From assembly GCA_965230045.1 (NCBI GenBank), contig OZ245940.1, forward strand, positions 1,679,403-1,743,402: 64,000 bases of DNA, read 5' to 3'. Under the pieces are notes generated by a model. That model was not told the origin of the DNA. It worked only from the letters and a program-made list of their open reading frames with translations, and ran no database searches. This document shows positions 30,154 to 40,370 of the stretch, in pieces. Position 1 is the stretch's first letter, and the number at the start of each line of letters is the position of its first letter. Both the position numbers and the translations under genes were made by a program. This DNA is from Bacteroidales bacterium (lineage in GTDB: Bacteria > Bacteroidota > Bacteroidia > Bacteroidales > WRLA01).

Positions 30154-30909
30154 ATGCGCCAAAGCGACAGTACATTAGCAATACTGGAATCGGAAACTGA
30201 TTCTGCCATAGCTCCTCAGTTGTTTTTCTGGACTGAGCAGCCGGAACAAGAACCGTCTTCCCTTGATGCACCGCATACTGTTGTGCAAAAAACAATGCTT
30301 CCGTTTATTGTTTTTGTTTTCGCAATGATTTTGCTGGGCTTTTTGCGCCGTTTGACTGATTTCCGGCTGCGTAGTTTTTTTTCATCACTTTTTTCTCCAT
30401 CACCTGGCCGCGAAGGGCATGCTTTCAGTGAGTACACTTTGCTTTTGTTTTCTATTGCTGTTTTTGCACTTTCTATCAGTTTTTTCCTGCCCGAAAACTT
30501 ACCGGATCCCATTGTGGCATCCATATCGCCTGTTATAATTATTATGGGTTTGCTTGTGGTATTTTATGCTTTAAGGTATGCATTGATCCGTTTTATGGCT
30601 TATGTTTTCAGGGCATGGGATTTTAGTGGCATGTGGATACAGTTTTCGAGGAAATGGGGCATTGCCGCTGCATTTTTTATGTTGTTTCCACTATTGATAA
30701 TTTATTATGCCGACCAACAGCTTGCATCTTTTTTTATTCGTTATATGCCTGTTATTGTGTTGGGAATATATGTTTTCCGCTTTTTAAGTTTTCCTGCCCT
30801 GTCAAAAGGGCTGCCGAAGCTTTTCTATTTGTATATATTATTGTACCTTTGCAGCCTCGAAATTATTCCGCTGCTGCTGGCGGCAAAATTTCTGGGAATT
30901 TGGATATAA
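30154..30909 (+). CDS. Polytopic membrane protein (DUF4271-like, the kind usually found upstream of hemD in Bacteroidota)
   Basis: 251 aa, ~6 TM helices. The family assignment rests on memory of the conserved gene order, not on a search. Confidence 0.6.
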   Translation: MRQSDSTLAILESETDSAIAPQLFFWTEQPEQEPSSLDAPHTVVQKTMLPFIVFVFAMILLGFLRRLTDFRLRSFFSSLFSPSPGREGHAFSEYTLLLFSIAVFALSISFFLPENLPDPIVASISPVIIIMGLLVVFYALRYALIRFMAYVFRAWDFSGMWIQFSRKWGIAAAFFMLFPLLIIYYADQQLASFFIRYMPVIVLGIYVFRFLSFPALSKGLPKLFYLYILLYLCSLEIIPLLLAAKFLGIWI

Positions 30910-30947
30910 CCGAGCATGGATTATTTAACCAAAAAACACTCATCAAA

Positions 30948-31697
30948 TTGAAAATTAAGAATATCCTCGTATCACAGCCACAGCCTGCTGAAATTGAAAA
31001 GTCCCCTTATTCTCCCTTAGCCAGGAAGCACGGGCTTAAAGTGACCTACGAAAAATTTATTCGTATCGAAGGTTTGTCTTCCAGGGAATTCAGGGATCAA
31101 CGCATCAATCTGCTTGATTTTACAGGCGTTATTATGACATCCCGCAAATCGGTTGATCATTATTTCAGCCTTGCAAAAGCACTGCGCGTGGAAGTGCCCG
31201 ATTCCATGAAATACTTCTGTATCTCCGAATCAACGGCTTTCTATCTCCAAAAATATGTGCAGTACCGAAAGCGGAAAATCTTCCATGGAAACCAAAGTGT
31301 GCAGGATCTGGTCGATATCCTGAGCAAACATAAATCAGAAAAACTGCTCCTTCCTTGCTCCGAAGATTCACGTCAGGAGCTTGGCGATAAACTCGAAGCA
31401 GAAGGATATAACTACCAAAAAGCGATTATGTACCGTACTGTTCCCAGCGACCTGAAGCATTTGGATATGTCAAACTTCGACCTGCTGATTTTCTTTAGCC
31501 CCTGGGGCGTGAAATCGCTTTTCACTAATTTTCCCGATTATAGACAGGGAAAAACACTGATCGCTGCTTTTGGTGCCAATACCGCCGAAGAAGTCAAAAA
31601 TTCAGGACTTGAACTCAATATTGCCGCACCAACCAAAACAGCTCCTTCCATGACAATGGCAATTGAAGAATTTATAGCAAATAACAAGAATAAATAA
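30948..31697 (+). CDS. hemD: Uroporphyrinogen-III synthase-like protein, TTG start
   Basis: The homologous part begins LKIKNILVSQPQPAEIEKSPY.. There is no in-frame ATG between the upstream stop (30909) and this point. TTG at 30948 is in frame. The track ORF start (GTG 30633) would overlap the upstream gene by 277 bp. Confidence 0.75.
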   Translation: MKIKNILVSQPQPAEIEKSPYSPLARKHGLKVTYEKFIRIEGLSSREFRDQRINLLDFTGVIMTSRKSVDHYFSLAKALRVEVPDSMKYFCISESTAFYLQKYVQYRKRKIFHGNQSVQDLVDILSKHKSEKLLLPCSEDSRQELGDKLEAEGYNYQKAIMYRTVPSDLKHLDMSNFDLLIFFSPWGVKSLFTNFPDYRQGKTLIAAFGANTAEEVKNSGLELNIAAPTKTAPSMTMAIEEFIANNKNK

Positions 31698-31783
31698 AAT
31701 TCATAACAGTAGCACAAATCACTATCAAATCAGTGGTTTGTGCTATTTTTGTATTCCTGCGCCTCTTTTGTGCCTGGCTTTTT

Positions 31784-32209
31784 ATGATGAACACACTCAG
31801 TAGAACATATTGCTTGAAAAAAAAGGATATCCTGAAAAGCCGGACAGAAATCATGCATTTGTTTCAAAAAGGCAAAAGGCTGAAAGCATTTCCGATGCAT
31901 CTGCTGATCCAATGCGTTGAGGGCATGGATCCAAACAGGCCGCCTGTGCAGCTTATGTTCAGCGTGAGCAAAAGAAGGCAGCGCAAAGCTGTGCAAAGAA
32001 ACCGCGTTAAACGATTGATGCGTGAAGCATACCGGCTGAACAAAGCAAAATTGAATCCTTTAAAAGAGCAGCTCAACGACGGGAAGAAAGTAAATCTTGC
32101 CTTTGTTTTTGTGGATAAAAATATGCCCGACTTTGCCGGTGTGGAAAAAAGTATGCTAAAGCTGCTCAATCAGGCAGTAAATATAGGTTTAGAAAATAAT
32201 AAGGATTAA
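31784..32209 (+). CDS. rnpA: Ribonuclease P protein component
   Basis: Basic protein with LKKKDILKSRTEIMHLFQKGKR and KAVQRNRVKRLMREAYR motifs. The first ATG at 31784 is preferred to GTG 31733. Confidence 0.8.
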   Translation: MMNTLSRTYCLKKKDILKSRTEIMHLFQKGKRLKAFPMHLLIQCVEGMDPNRPPVQLMFSVSKRRQRKAVQRNRVKRLMREAYRLNKAKLNPLKEQLNDGKKVNLAFVFVDKNMPDFAGVEKSMLKLLNQAVNIGLENNKD

Positions 32210-32284
32210 CTTTGTGAGTTAATATTATTGAGCGTGCACGGATACAACTTCACCAGCGTGCTTTAGACCAAAAAAACTCCGTTT

Positions 32285-33952
32285 ATGAGAAAATATACTC
32301 TTCTGGCAGTATTCCTGTTCGCAGGATTTTCCATTGGAAATGCCCAGGAAGCCCCGGATAATTTTGAGATTTCCAAAAATATTGAAATCCTTACCCGCGT
32401 CTATCAGGAACTCAACAGCAATTACGTGGATGATGTGCAGGCCGGTGAATTGATGAAAACCGGCATCGATGCTATGCTTGAGTCGCTTGATCCTTACACG
32501 GTTTATATTCCCGAATCCCAAATTGAAGATTATAAATTCATCACTACAGGGCAATATGGCGGTGTAGGTGCACTTATTCATACAAAAGGCGATTATGTTT
32601 ATGTTTCGGAACCTTACGAAGGTTTTGCCGCAGAAAGAGCCGGGCTTAAAGCAGGAGATAAAATACTGGAAGTGAATGGAGAAGATGCCAAAGGGAAAAA
32701 TTCGGACGATCTGAGCAAAATCCTGAAAGGTACGCCCGGAACAGAAATCAGCATTAAAGTGGAACGCGCCGGACGGGACCAGCCTTTGGTTTTTAATCTG
32801 AAACGGGAAACAATCAAAGTGCGCAATGTGAGCTATTACGGTATGCTCGATACCAAAACCGGATATATTAAACTGGATCATTTCACACATAAAGCTTTTG
32901 AAGAAGTGCGCGATGCCTTTATCGATATGAAAAACAACAAGGGCATGGAATCCCTGGTTTTTGATTTGCGGGGAAATGGCGGCGGACTGATGAATGAAGC
33001 GGTGGATATTGTGGGCCTGTTTGTGCCGCAGGGAACCAAAGTGGTAGAAACACGCGCAAAACTCAAAGCGCGCAATCAAGCCTACCAAACCAGTAATAAA
33101 CCACTAGATACGAAAATCCCGATTGTTTTCCTTGTAGATAACAACAGTGCCTCGGCATCCGAAATCGTTGCCGGTGCCATGCAGGATCTCGACAGGGCAG
33201 TAGTGATCGGTCAGCCTACTTTTGGGAAAGGGCTGGTGCAAAATGTTGTGCCCCTGAATTATAATGCACAAATGAAAATTACTATCGCCAAATATTATAT
33301 CCCCAGCGGGCGATGTATCCAGGCCATAGATTATACCCATAAAAATGGAAATAAAGCCGAAAAAATCCCTGATAGCCTGCGCCAGGAATTTAAAACACAG
33401 GGCGGACGTGTTGTGATGGACGGTAAAGGCATAAAGCCTGATATAATCATTGAACCACAGGAATTTAGTAATATTGCTGCCAGCCTGTACGGCGGATATC
33501 ATATCTTTGATTTCTCTACAGATTACTATAATAAACATAAGGAAATCCCTGTGCCGGCAGATTTTGTTTTGAGTGATGACGATATGGAAGATTTTCGCAT
33601 TTTCACGCAAACGCGCGAGGTGGATTATAAAACCCGCTCCGAAGCTTTGCTCGAAAAACTCGAATCAGCACTCGAAAGTGAAGCATATAAAACCCTTGTG
33701 GAAGAAGAACTGGCTTCACTGCATAAGAGTGTGCTGGAACATAAAAAGCAGGATTTTAACCGACATCTCGATGAAATAGAAAAATTGCTCCGCCTCGAAA
33801 TAATTGCACGGTATTATCTGCAGGAAGGCCGCATCGAAGCTTCCCTCGATTCCGATCCGGAAGTGCAGGAAGCAATCCGTATCCTTAATGATTACCCGCT
33901 TTATACCGATATCCTGGCAGGGAAATCTGTTCCGGACAATAAAAACGAATAG
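32285..33952 (+). CDS. S41 family C-terminal processing peptidase with PDZ domain
   Basis: Signal peptide, PDZ (..AERAGLKAGDKILEVNGE), LRGNGGG, and the Ser/Lys region (NSASASEI..GQPTFGKG). Confidence 0.9.
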   Translation: MRKYTLLAVFLFAGFSIGNAQEAPDNFEISKNIEILTRVYQELNSNYVDDVQAGELMKTGIDAMLESLDPYTVYIPESQIEDYKFITTGQYGGVGALIHTKGDYVYVSEPYEGFAAERAGLKAGDKILEVNGEDAKGKNSDDLSKILKGTPGTEISIKVERAGRDQPLVFNLKRETIKVRNVSYYGMLDTKTGYIKLDHFTHKAFEEVRDAFIDMKNNKGMESLVFDLRGNGGGLMNEAVDIVGLFVPQGTKVVETRAKLKARNQAYQTSNKPLDTKIPIVFLVDNNSASASEIVAGAMQDLDRAVVIGQPTFGKGLVQNVVPLNYNAQMKITIAKYYIPSGRCIQAIDYTHKNGNKAEKIPDSLRQEFKTQGGRVVMDGKGIKPDIIIEPQEFSNIAASLYGGYHIFDFSTDYYNKHKEIPVPADFVLSDDDMEDFRIFTQTREVDYKTRSEALLEKLESALESEAYKTLVEEELASLHKSVLEHKKQDFNRHLDEIEKLLRLEIIARYYLQEGRIEASLDSDPEVQEAIRILNDYPLYTDILAGKSVPDNKNE

Positions 33953-33955
33953 TTC

Positions 33956-35527
33956 ATGGCTGGAATCCTGAAGCGACAATATTCACAGCCGGCATACATC
34001 ATTTTGCTGGGCTTGCTCATCGCAGCAGTGCCTTTGTCGAAATATGTGATGTCGATGTCGCAAATGGGATTGTTGCTGCTCTGGCTTCTTGATGGTGACC
34101 TGAAAGAGAAAATGAAATCTTTTTTCAGGAACAAGCCGGCCGTGGTGGTGAGCAGTATTTTTTTGCTGCATGTGGTGGGTTTGATTTATACTTCCGATTT
34201 TAATTATGCCGTGAAAGACCTCCGGATTAAAGTGCCCCTTTTAATCCTTCCATTGATTTTTTCTACCATGCCGCGTTTGTCGAAGAAACAGTTTGATGGG
34301 CTGCTCCTTGTTTTTGTCCTCGCTGTTTTGAGCAACACATTTATATCTTCCTGGATCGCGTATTTTGGAGATGTTACAGATAGTCGCAGTATATCGTTGT
34401 TTATTAGTCATATACGTTTCTCTCTGAATGTCTGCCTCGCCGCTATGGTGGCTTTGTATTTGATTCAACAAAAATCATTGCCCTGGAAATGGTCTGTGCC
34501 GGCACTCATTGCGGTTTTTATTTGGCTGGGTTTTTTCCTGCTGATCCTGGGCGCAATGACCGGAATCGTCATTTTTGTTATCCTGCTGCTGTTTATCGGG
34601 CTCTATCTAATCTGGAGCAGGCAGGGGCTTGTCAGCAGATTGGTTTTTGCTTCCATGATCCTGGCTGTTATAAGTTCGCTGGCGGTTTACACCTCCATTA
34701 CCATAGATGAGCTTACAAAAGTGGAGCCGGTTGATTTAAAAAAGCTCGACAACAAAACGAAGCTGGGCCATAAATACAAACACGATACACTTCGTTTTAT
34801 GGTTGAAGACGGGCGCTATGTGGGCTTGTATATTTCCTATCCTGAGCTGAAAAAAGCCTGGAACGAACGCTCCGAACTGGATTATGACGGCCTGGACCGG
34901 CAAGGCCAGGTTTTGCGATGGACTCTGATCCGGTATCTGGCTTCCAAAGATTTGCGTAAGGATTATGAAGGGGTTTATGCATTGTCGGGAAAAGATATCT
35001 ATTATATCGAACAGGGCGTTGCAAATCATAACTATTTGACAGATAATCCATTGAAAAACAGGATTCGTCAGGCGATTATCGGTTATAACAATTATGTTTA
35101 TGAAGGGGAAGCCAAAGGGAACAGCATGATGCAGCGCATCGAACTGTGGAAAGCTTCGCTGCGCATTATTGATAAGCATTTCCTTATCGGTGCCGGCACA
35201 GGCGATGTGCCTGATGTATTCAGAAAGGAATTGAAAGCAATGGATTCTACTTTGGCCGGAACAGGAATGCGGTCGCATAATCAGTTTATCTCTATTTTTA
35301 TCGCGTTTGGAATTATTGGTTTTTTGTGGTTTTTGATAAGCCTTATTTACCCGCTGATCTACTTTCCGCATGCACGTAAATTCCTTTATTTGTCATTCCT
35401 GTTAATCGTTTTGATTTCCTTTATAAATGAAGATACCATCGAGTCACAGGCCGGCCTGACCTTTTTTGCTTTTTTTAATGCTTTCCTGCTCTTCTGTGCA
35501 CCGCTTAAAGAAGATGCCGGAAGGTAA
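33956..35527 (+). CDS. O-antigen ligase (Wzy_C) family membrane protein
   Basis: 523 aa with many TM helices, a large loop and a late RSHNQFISIF-type motif. Confidence 0.65.
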   Translation: MAGILKRQYSQPAYIILLGLLIAAVPLSKYVMSMSQMGLLLLWLLDGDLKEKMKSFFRNKPAVVVSSIFLLHVVGLIYTSDFNYAVKDLRIKVPLLILPLIFSTMPRLSKKQFDGLLLVFVLAVLSNTFISSWIAYFGDVTDSRSISLFISHIRFSLNVCLAAMVALYLIQQKSLPWKWSVPALIAVFIWLGFFLLILGAMTGIVIFVILLLFIGLYLIWSRQGLVSRLVFASMILAVISSLAVYTSITIDELTKVEPVDLKKLDNKTKLGHKYKHDTLRFMVEDGRYVGLYISYPELKKAWNERSELDYDGLDRQGQVLRWTLIRYLASKDLRKDYEGVYALSGKDIYYIEQGVANHNYLTDNPLKNRIRQAIIGYNNYVYEGEAKGNSMMQRIELWKASLRIIDKHFLIGAGTGDVPDVFRKELKAMDSTLAGTGMRSHNQFISIFIAFGIIGFLWFLISLIYPLIYFPHARKFLYLSFLLIVLISFINEDTIESQAGLTFFAFFNAFLLFCAPLKEDAGR

Positions 35528-35570
35528 CTTTTTGAGCGCCCTGTCGTAAAAATACCGAAAACTTAGCCTT

Positions 35571-36059
35571 ATGAAGAAAACCATTCAATACGAAATAGAA
35601 GAATTTGATTCCATCAACGAGCTTTCTGAAAGTGACCAAAAACTGTTGACAGAAGCAGCAAAAGCCTGTGAAAAAGCCTATGCCCCTTATTCTGAATATA
35701 ATGTTGGCGCGGCTTTATTGCTCGACAATGGAAAAATTATCACAGGCAATAATCAGGAAAATGTGGCTTATCCCTCAGGTTTATGCGCTGAGCGTGTGGC
35801 CATGTTCTATGCTTCATCACAATATCCTGATGCTAAAATCCTGACTATTGCCATCACGGCACGCTCCCATAATTTTACGATCAGCCAGCCGGTTACGCCC
35901 TGTGGTTCCTGCCGGCAGGTGATGGCAGAATATGAAAACCGGCAACAACAGGCCGTGCGCGTTATCCTTAGTGGTGAAACAGGAAAGATCCAACTCATCA
36001 ACAATATTGATACACTATTGCCATTGGCATTTCATGCGGCTGAACTGAAAAAACAATAA
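35571..36059 (+). CDS. cdd: Cytidine deaminase
   Basis: Zinc motifs CAERVA and PCGSCRQ. 162 aa. Confidence 0.9.
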   Translation: MKKTIQYEIEEFDSINELSESDQKLLTEAAKACEKAYAPYSEYNVGAALLLDNGKIITGNNQENVAYPSGLCAERVAMFYASSQYPDAKILTIAITARSHNFTISQPVTPCGSCRQVMAEYENRQQQAVRVILSGETGKIQLINNIDTLLPLAFHAAELKKQ

Positions 36060-36061
36060 AA

Positions 36062-36085
36062 AAACCCGTACCATAGCACGGGTTT
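36062..36085. terminator. Bidirectional terminator hairpin between cdd and hcp
   Basis: Stem AAACCCGT / ACGGGTTT, A-run upstream and T-rich downstream. Lies between convergent genes. Confidence 0.7.
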
Positions 36086-36127
36086 CGCATCCATAATTTA
36101 TCAGGTTTTCGCGCACCTGATTGTTTT

Positions 36128-37777
36128 TTAATTCATGAAAGCTTTGATGTCGTCTTCCACAGTGGTAATCCCTCCAATACCGAAGTTTTCGACCAGTACT
36201 TTTGCCACATTGGGGCTGAGGAATGCCGGAAGGGTAGGGCCTAGGTGAATGTTCTTCGCGCCGAGATAAAGCAAAGCCAGAAGAACAATTACCGCCTTTT
36301 GCTCGTACCAGGCAATATTATAAACGATGGGCAGTTTGTTGATGTCGTCCAAACCAAAAACTTCTTTCAGTTTCAATGCGATTACAGCCAGTGAATATGA
36401 ATCGTTGCATTGCCCGGCATCCAATACGCGTGGAATTCCACCGATATCGCCCAGTTGCAGTTTGTTGTAACGGTATTTGGCACAGCCGGCCGTTAAAATG
36501 ACGCTGTCCTGTGGCAGTGCTTCGGCAAATTCGGTGTAGTAGCTGCGCTCTTTCATTCGCCCATCACAACCGGCCATCACAACAAATTTCTTAATCGCAC
36601 CGGTTTTTACGGCGTCAACCACTTTATCGGCCAGTGCCAAAACCTGATTGTGTGCAAAACCGCCCACAATTTCTCCGCTTTCGATTTCGGTGGGAGGAGC
36701 GCATTTTTTGGCATGTTCAATAATTTCGCTGAAATCTTTCATCTCTCCGTTTTTCCTGTCGGCGATATGCTTGGATCCGGGATATCCCGATGAGCCGGTA
36801 GTATAAACTTTATCGGCATAAGCTGCATCTTTTTTGGGAGGTACGATACAATTTGTTGTGAAGAGGATCGGACCGTTAAATGACTCGAATTCTTCTTTTT
36901 GTTTCCACCAGGCATTACCGTAATTGCCTACAAAATGTTCGTATTTCTTAAATTCCGGATAGTAATGGCCGGGAAGCATTTCGCTGTGCGTATAAACGTC
37001 AACACCAGTGCCGTCGGTTTGCTTCAAAAGGTCGTCTAAGTCTTTCAGGTCATGGCCGGAAATGAGTATCGCCGGATTGTTGCGCACGCCAATATTTACG
37101 GCTGTGATTTCCGGATTTCCGTAAGCCGATGTGTTTGCTTTATCGAGCAGGGCCATGGTGTCAACTCCAAATTTTCCGCATTCCAGCACAAGTCCTGTGA
37201 GTTCTTCACCACTGAGTTCATCATTGATGGTTGCCAGAAGTGCTTTTTCCAGAAAAGCGTAAATGCTTTCGTCTTCATGCCCCAGGTTGTAGGCGTGCTC
37301 AGCATATGCGGCCATTCCTTTGAGGCCATAGGTGAGGAGTTCCCTGAGCGAACGCACATCTTCATTTTCTGTTTTCAAAACGCCAACCGTTGTGGCTTTG
37401 ATGTCCATGCCTGATTCAGTGGCATGCCAGTTGGCTGCATCCTGCTTGTCAAAAGGGATTTCCATGCCGGCAGTGCGGGCTTTTCCCTTTAACTCATCGC
37501 GGATTGCCAAACCTTTGGCTATGGCTTCTTTGATGGCCGCATCATCAAAATTCGCGTTTGTAATGGTGATGAAGAGCGCATTCATCAAAAAATGGTTGGC
37601 ACGGCCTTCCGAAATGCCTTCAGAGCGTAGTGCGGATGAATAAATTGCTACGCCTTTGGCTGTATAGATCAGCAAATCCTGGAGGTTTGAGGTTTCGGCT
37701 TTTTTGCCACATACCCCGGCAATGGTGCAGCCTGTTCCTTTGGCCGCTTCCTGACATTGAAAACAAAACATACTCAT
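36128..37777 (-). CDS. hcp: Hydroxylamine reductase / hybrid-cluster protein
   Basis: N-terminal Cys cluster (MS)[23 protein letters not shown]. ~549 aa. The track start at 37783 is a TTG, so ATG 37777 (or 37771) is preferred. Confidence 0.93.
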   Translation of the reverse strand: MSMFCFQCQEAAKGTGCTIAGVCGKKAETSNLQDLLIYTAKGVAIYSSALRSEGISEGRANHFLMNALFITITNANFDDAAIKEAIAKGLAIRDELKGKARTAGMEIPFDKQDAANWHATESGMDIKATTVGVLKTENEDVRSLRELLTYGLKGMAAYAEHAYNLGHEDESIYAFLEKALLATINDELSGEELTGLVLECGKFGVDTMALLDKANTSAYGNPEITAVNIGVRNNPAILISGHDLKDLDDLLKQTDGTGVDVYTHSEMLPGHYYPEFKKYEHFVGNYGNAWWKQKEEFESFNGPILFTTNCIVPPKKDAAYADKVYTTGSSGYPGSKHIADRKNGEMKDFSEIIEHAKKCAPPTEIESGEIVGGFAHNQVLALADKVVDAVKTGAIKKFVVMAGCDGRMKERSYYTEFAEALPQDSVILTAGCAKYRYNKLQLGDIGGIPRVLDAGQCNDSYSLAVIALKLKEVFGLDDINKLPIVYNIAWYEQKAVIVLLALLYLGAKNIHLGPTLPAFLSPNVAKVLVENFGIGGITTVEDDIKAFMN

Positions 37778-37805
37778 ATGCAAATTTTTAAAGGTTGATT
37801 ATTGT

Positions 37806-37833
37806 ATTTAGGTATTTGAATACGCAAATATAG
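37806..37833 (-). promoter_or_regulatory. Conserved 28-bp promoter/operator box upstream of hcp
   Basis: ATTTAGGTATTTGAATACGCAAATATAG matches 38278-38305 at 24 of 28 positions. On the minus strand it contains a TATATTTG -7 box and the inverted repeat ATTTG-N6-CAAAT. Confidence 0.5.
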
Positions 37834-37872
37834 TTATAATTTTTTTTGCTGCAAGTTTTTTTTGATAAAAAA

Positions 37873-38274
37873 TTATGCGAGCAGGTCTTTGATCGTGTGT
37901 TTTTTGAAGTAGTCTTTGATTTGTTTGGTAGTATCGTGTACAATGCCGCCCATCAGGCATTTGTCAAAGGGGCAAACCGGACGGTCGAGCGGGCAATGTC
38001 CCACTTCGATGGGCCCTTCGATGCATTCGTATATGTCGAGCAAGCTAATTTCATCCATGTTTTTATTGAGGATAAATCCCCCGGCAGGCCCGCGTGTGCT
38101 GCGTACAAAGCCTTCTTTTACAAGTCGTTGCATCACTTTGGCAAGATGATTTCGTGAAGAACCGGTAAGTTCTGCAATCCGGTTTACATTGATGTGCTCC
38201 TTAGAGCGGGCGATAAGCACCATAGCATGTATGGCAATGGAGGAAGCTTCGGATAGTTGTACGACTTTCGACAT
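37873..38274 (-). CDS. Rrf2 family transcriptional regulator (NsrR/IscR-like, probable Fe-S ligands)
   Basis: wHTH (IAELTGSSRNHLAKVMQRLVKEGFVRSTRGPAGGF) and a Cys triad in GHCPLDRPVCPFDKC. Confidence 0.9.
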   Translation of the reverse strand: MSKVVQLSEASSIAIHAMVLIARSKEHINVNRIAELTGSSRNHLAKVMQRLVKEGFVRSTRGPAGGFILNKNMDEISLLDIYECIEGPIEVGHCPLDRPVCPFDKCLMGGIVHDTTKQIKDYFKKHTIKDLLA

Positions 38275-38277
38275 ATA

Positions 38278-38305
38278 ATTTAAGTACTTGAATGCGCAAA
38301 TATCG
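38278..38305 (-). promoter_or_regulatory. Second copy of the 28-bp box, upstream of the Rrf2 gene
   Basis: ATTTAAGTACTTGAATGCGCAAATATCG lies 4 bp upstream of the Rrf2 ATG. See 37806-37833. Confidence 0.5.
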
Positions 38306-38408
38306 GCATTATTTTCAGCTTGAGCCTGTTTTTGTGTTTATTTAGATTTATTCTAATTGTAATTTTCATTGAGGTGAATTCACTACATTTGTTTTTTCAG
38401 CAAAATGA

Positions 38409-39248
38409 ATGCGTATGAATTTTGATCAACTGAACAAAAGAGCTTGCAATATCCGTTGCAATATCGTTCGCTCGCTCCGGGCTGCCGGATCAGGACATAC
38501 AGGTGGAAGCCTGGGGCTGGCGGATATTTTTGCCTTCCTGTATTTTTCTGAACTGAAGCATAATCCAAAGGAAGCAAATTGGCCAGAACGTGATCGGCTT
38601 GTTTTATCCATTGGGCATGTGGCTCCGGTTTTATATGCCGCTTTGGCCGAATCCGGATATTTCCCTCAGGAAGAATTGCTTAGTCTGCGGAAATTAGGGT
38701 CGCGCTTGCAGGGACATCCCGGCAGGGACCACGGGCTGCCCGGACTGGAACTCTCTGCAGGAAGCCTGGGTCAGGGCTTGTCCGTAGCGGTAGGCATGGC
38801 GCTTTCTGCCCGGATGGACGCCAAAAACCGGCGGACATTTTGTGTCCTCGGTGATGGTGAGTTGCAGGAAGGCTCTGTTTGGGAGGCGGCTATGAGTGCC
38901 GGTCATTATAAGCTCAGTAATCTGATTGCCATCATCGACCGCAACGGCCTGCAAATTGATGGCGAAACCGAAGATGTGATGCGGCTCGAGCCTCTTTCCG
39001 GCAAGTGGGAGGCATTCAACTGGCACGTCATCCATTGCGATGGGAACGACCTGCAGGATATCGCCCGCGCCTTTCGGAGAGCGCATCAGATTGATGATAA
39101 ACCCTGCCTCATTATTGCGAAAACCAAAATGGGCGCCGGAGTGAAAAGCATAGAAAACGATTACCGCTGGCATGGGAAAGCTCCGAATGCAGAGCAAGTA
39201 GAAGATTTTATCCAACAAATCAAAAAACATCATGGACTGGATCAATAA
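38409..39248 (+). CDS. Transketolase, N-terminal (TPP-binding) subunit
   Basis: GSGHTGGSLG and GDGELQEGSVWEA motifs. 279 aa. Confidence 0.9.
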   Translation: MRMNFDQLNKRACNIRCNIVRSLRAAGSGHTGGSLGLADIFAFLYFSELKHNPKEANWPERDRLVLSIGHVAPVLYAALAESGYFPQEELLSLRKLGSRLQGHPGRDHGLPGLELSAGSLGQGLSVAVGMALSARMDAKNRRTFCVLGDGELQEGSVWEAAMSAGHYKLSNLIAIIDRNGLQIDGETEDVMRLEPLSGKWEAFNWHVIHCDGNDLQDIARAFRRAHQIDDKPCLIIAKTKMGAGVKSIENDYRWHGKAPNAEQVEDFIQQIKKHHGLDQ

Positions 39249-40176
39249 ATCAGATAAACCTACGCGCATCGGATTTGGAGAAGGAATCCGTGATGCAGCA
39301 AAAAAGAATAAACAAGTGGTTGGATTGGGGAGCGATATCACTTCCAGTGTGTCCATGAACCTTTTTGCAGAAACATTTCCTGAGCGCTTTTTTAGTTTGG
39401 GCATTGCCGAGCAAAATGCGGTTGGGGTTGCTGCCGGAATGGCTTTAAGCGGTAAAGTCCCCGTTTTCAGCACTTATGGTGTTTTTGCTGCCATGAGGGC
39501 TTTGGATCAGATCAGGATATCCTTATGTTATAATAATGTGCATGCCATAATTGGCGGAGCTCATGCCGGAATTTCCGTTGGACCGGATGGAGCCACACAC
39601 CAGGCTTTGGAAGATATTGCCGTGATGCGCGTTTTGCCCAATATGACCGTACTTTCGCCCTGTGATGCTACGCAGGCCCGACTGGCCGCAATGGCAGCCA
39701 TTGATAAATGTGACGGGACGGTTTATATTCGTTTCGGTCGGGAAGCTGTGCCGGATTTTACTGCCGAAGATCAGGATTTTCAAATCGGGAAAGCGCAATT
39801 AATGTGTGATGGCGATGATGTGAGCATTATTGCAACAGGGCATTTGGTTTGGGAGGCCATCAGGGCTTCAGAACTCCTGAAAGCCAAGGGTATTTCGGCC
39901 CAGGTGCTGAATATTCATACCATAAAACCATTGGATGAAAAAAGCATCATCGCGGCAGCCAAGAAAACGGCTAAAGTAATTTGCGCCGAAGAACATCAGA
40001 TTGCCGGAGGACTGGGCAGTGCTGTTGCGGAAGTCCTGGCAAAACATCATCCTGTAAAAATGGATTTTATTGGAATGAAAGACAGCTTTGGGGAATCGGG
40101 GAAACCTGCAGAACTGATGGAAAAATACGAGCTTACCGCGTCATGGATTGCCCAGGCTGCAGAAAGGATTCTATAA
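39232..40176 (+). CDS. Transketolase, C-terminal (pyrimidine-binding) subunit
   Basis: 314 aa. GIAEQNAVGVAAGMA motif. Overlaps the upstream subunit by 17 bp. Confidence 0.9.
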   Translation: MDWINKSDKPTRIGFGEGIRDAAKKNKQVVGLGSDITSSVSMNLFAETFPERFFSLGIAEQNAVGVAAGMALSGKVPVFSTYGVFAAMRALDQIRISLCYNNVHAIIGGAHAGISVGPDGATHQALEDIAVMRVLPNMTVLSPCDATQARLAAMAAIDKCDGTVYIRFGREAVPDFTAEDQDFQIGKAQLMCDGDDVSIIATGHLVWEAIRASELLKAKGISAQVLNIHTIKPLDEKSIIAAAKKTAKVICAEEHQIAGGLGSAVAEVLAKHHPVKMDFIGMKDSFGESGKPAELMEKYELTASWIAQAAERIL

Positions 40177-40243
40177 ATCATTTGGAATGATGCCCCGGAG
40201 AATTTCCTCACAGAAACTATCTAGAGCTTGTCCACAGAGTCGA

Positions 40244-40364
40244 GAGTTTGCTCTATAAAGTTCAAATTCAAGGCGTGTGAAAAATCCAAACCGGATAATA
40301 CTCAAGTATTTGAGGATTTGGATTTTGAGCAACAACGCAGAAGTTGGACTTTATAGACGAACTC
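40244..40364. repeat. Palindromic intergenic module, type A (121 bp)
   Basis: Termini GAGTTTGCTCTATAAAGT ... ACTTTATAGACGAACTC form an inverted repeat. It is the reverse-complement homologue of 56241..56363. Confidence 0.8.
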
Positions 40365-40370
40365 TATCTA

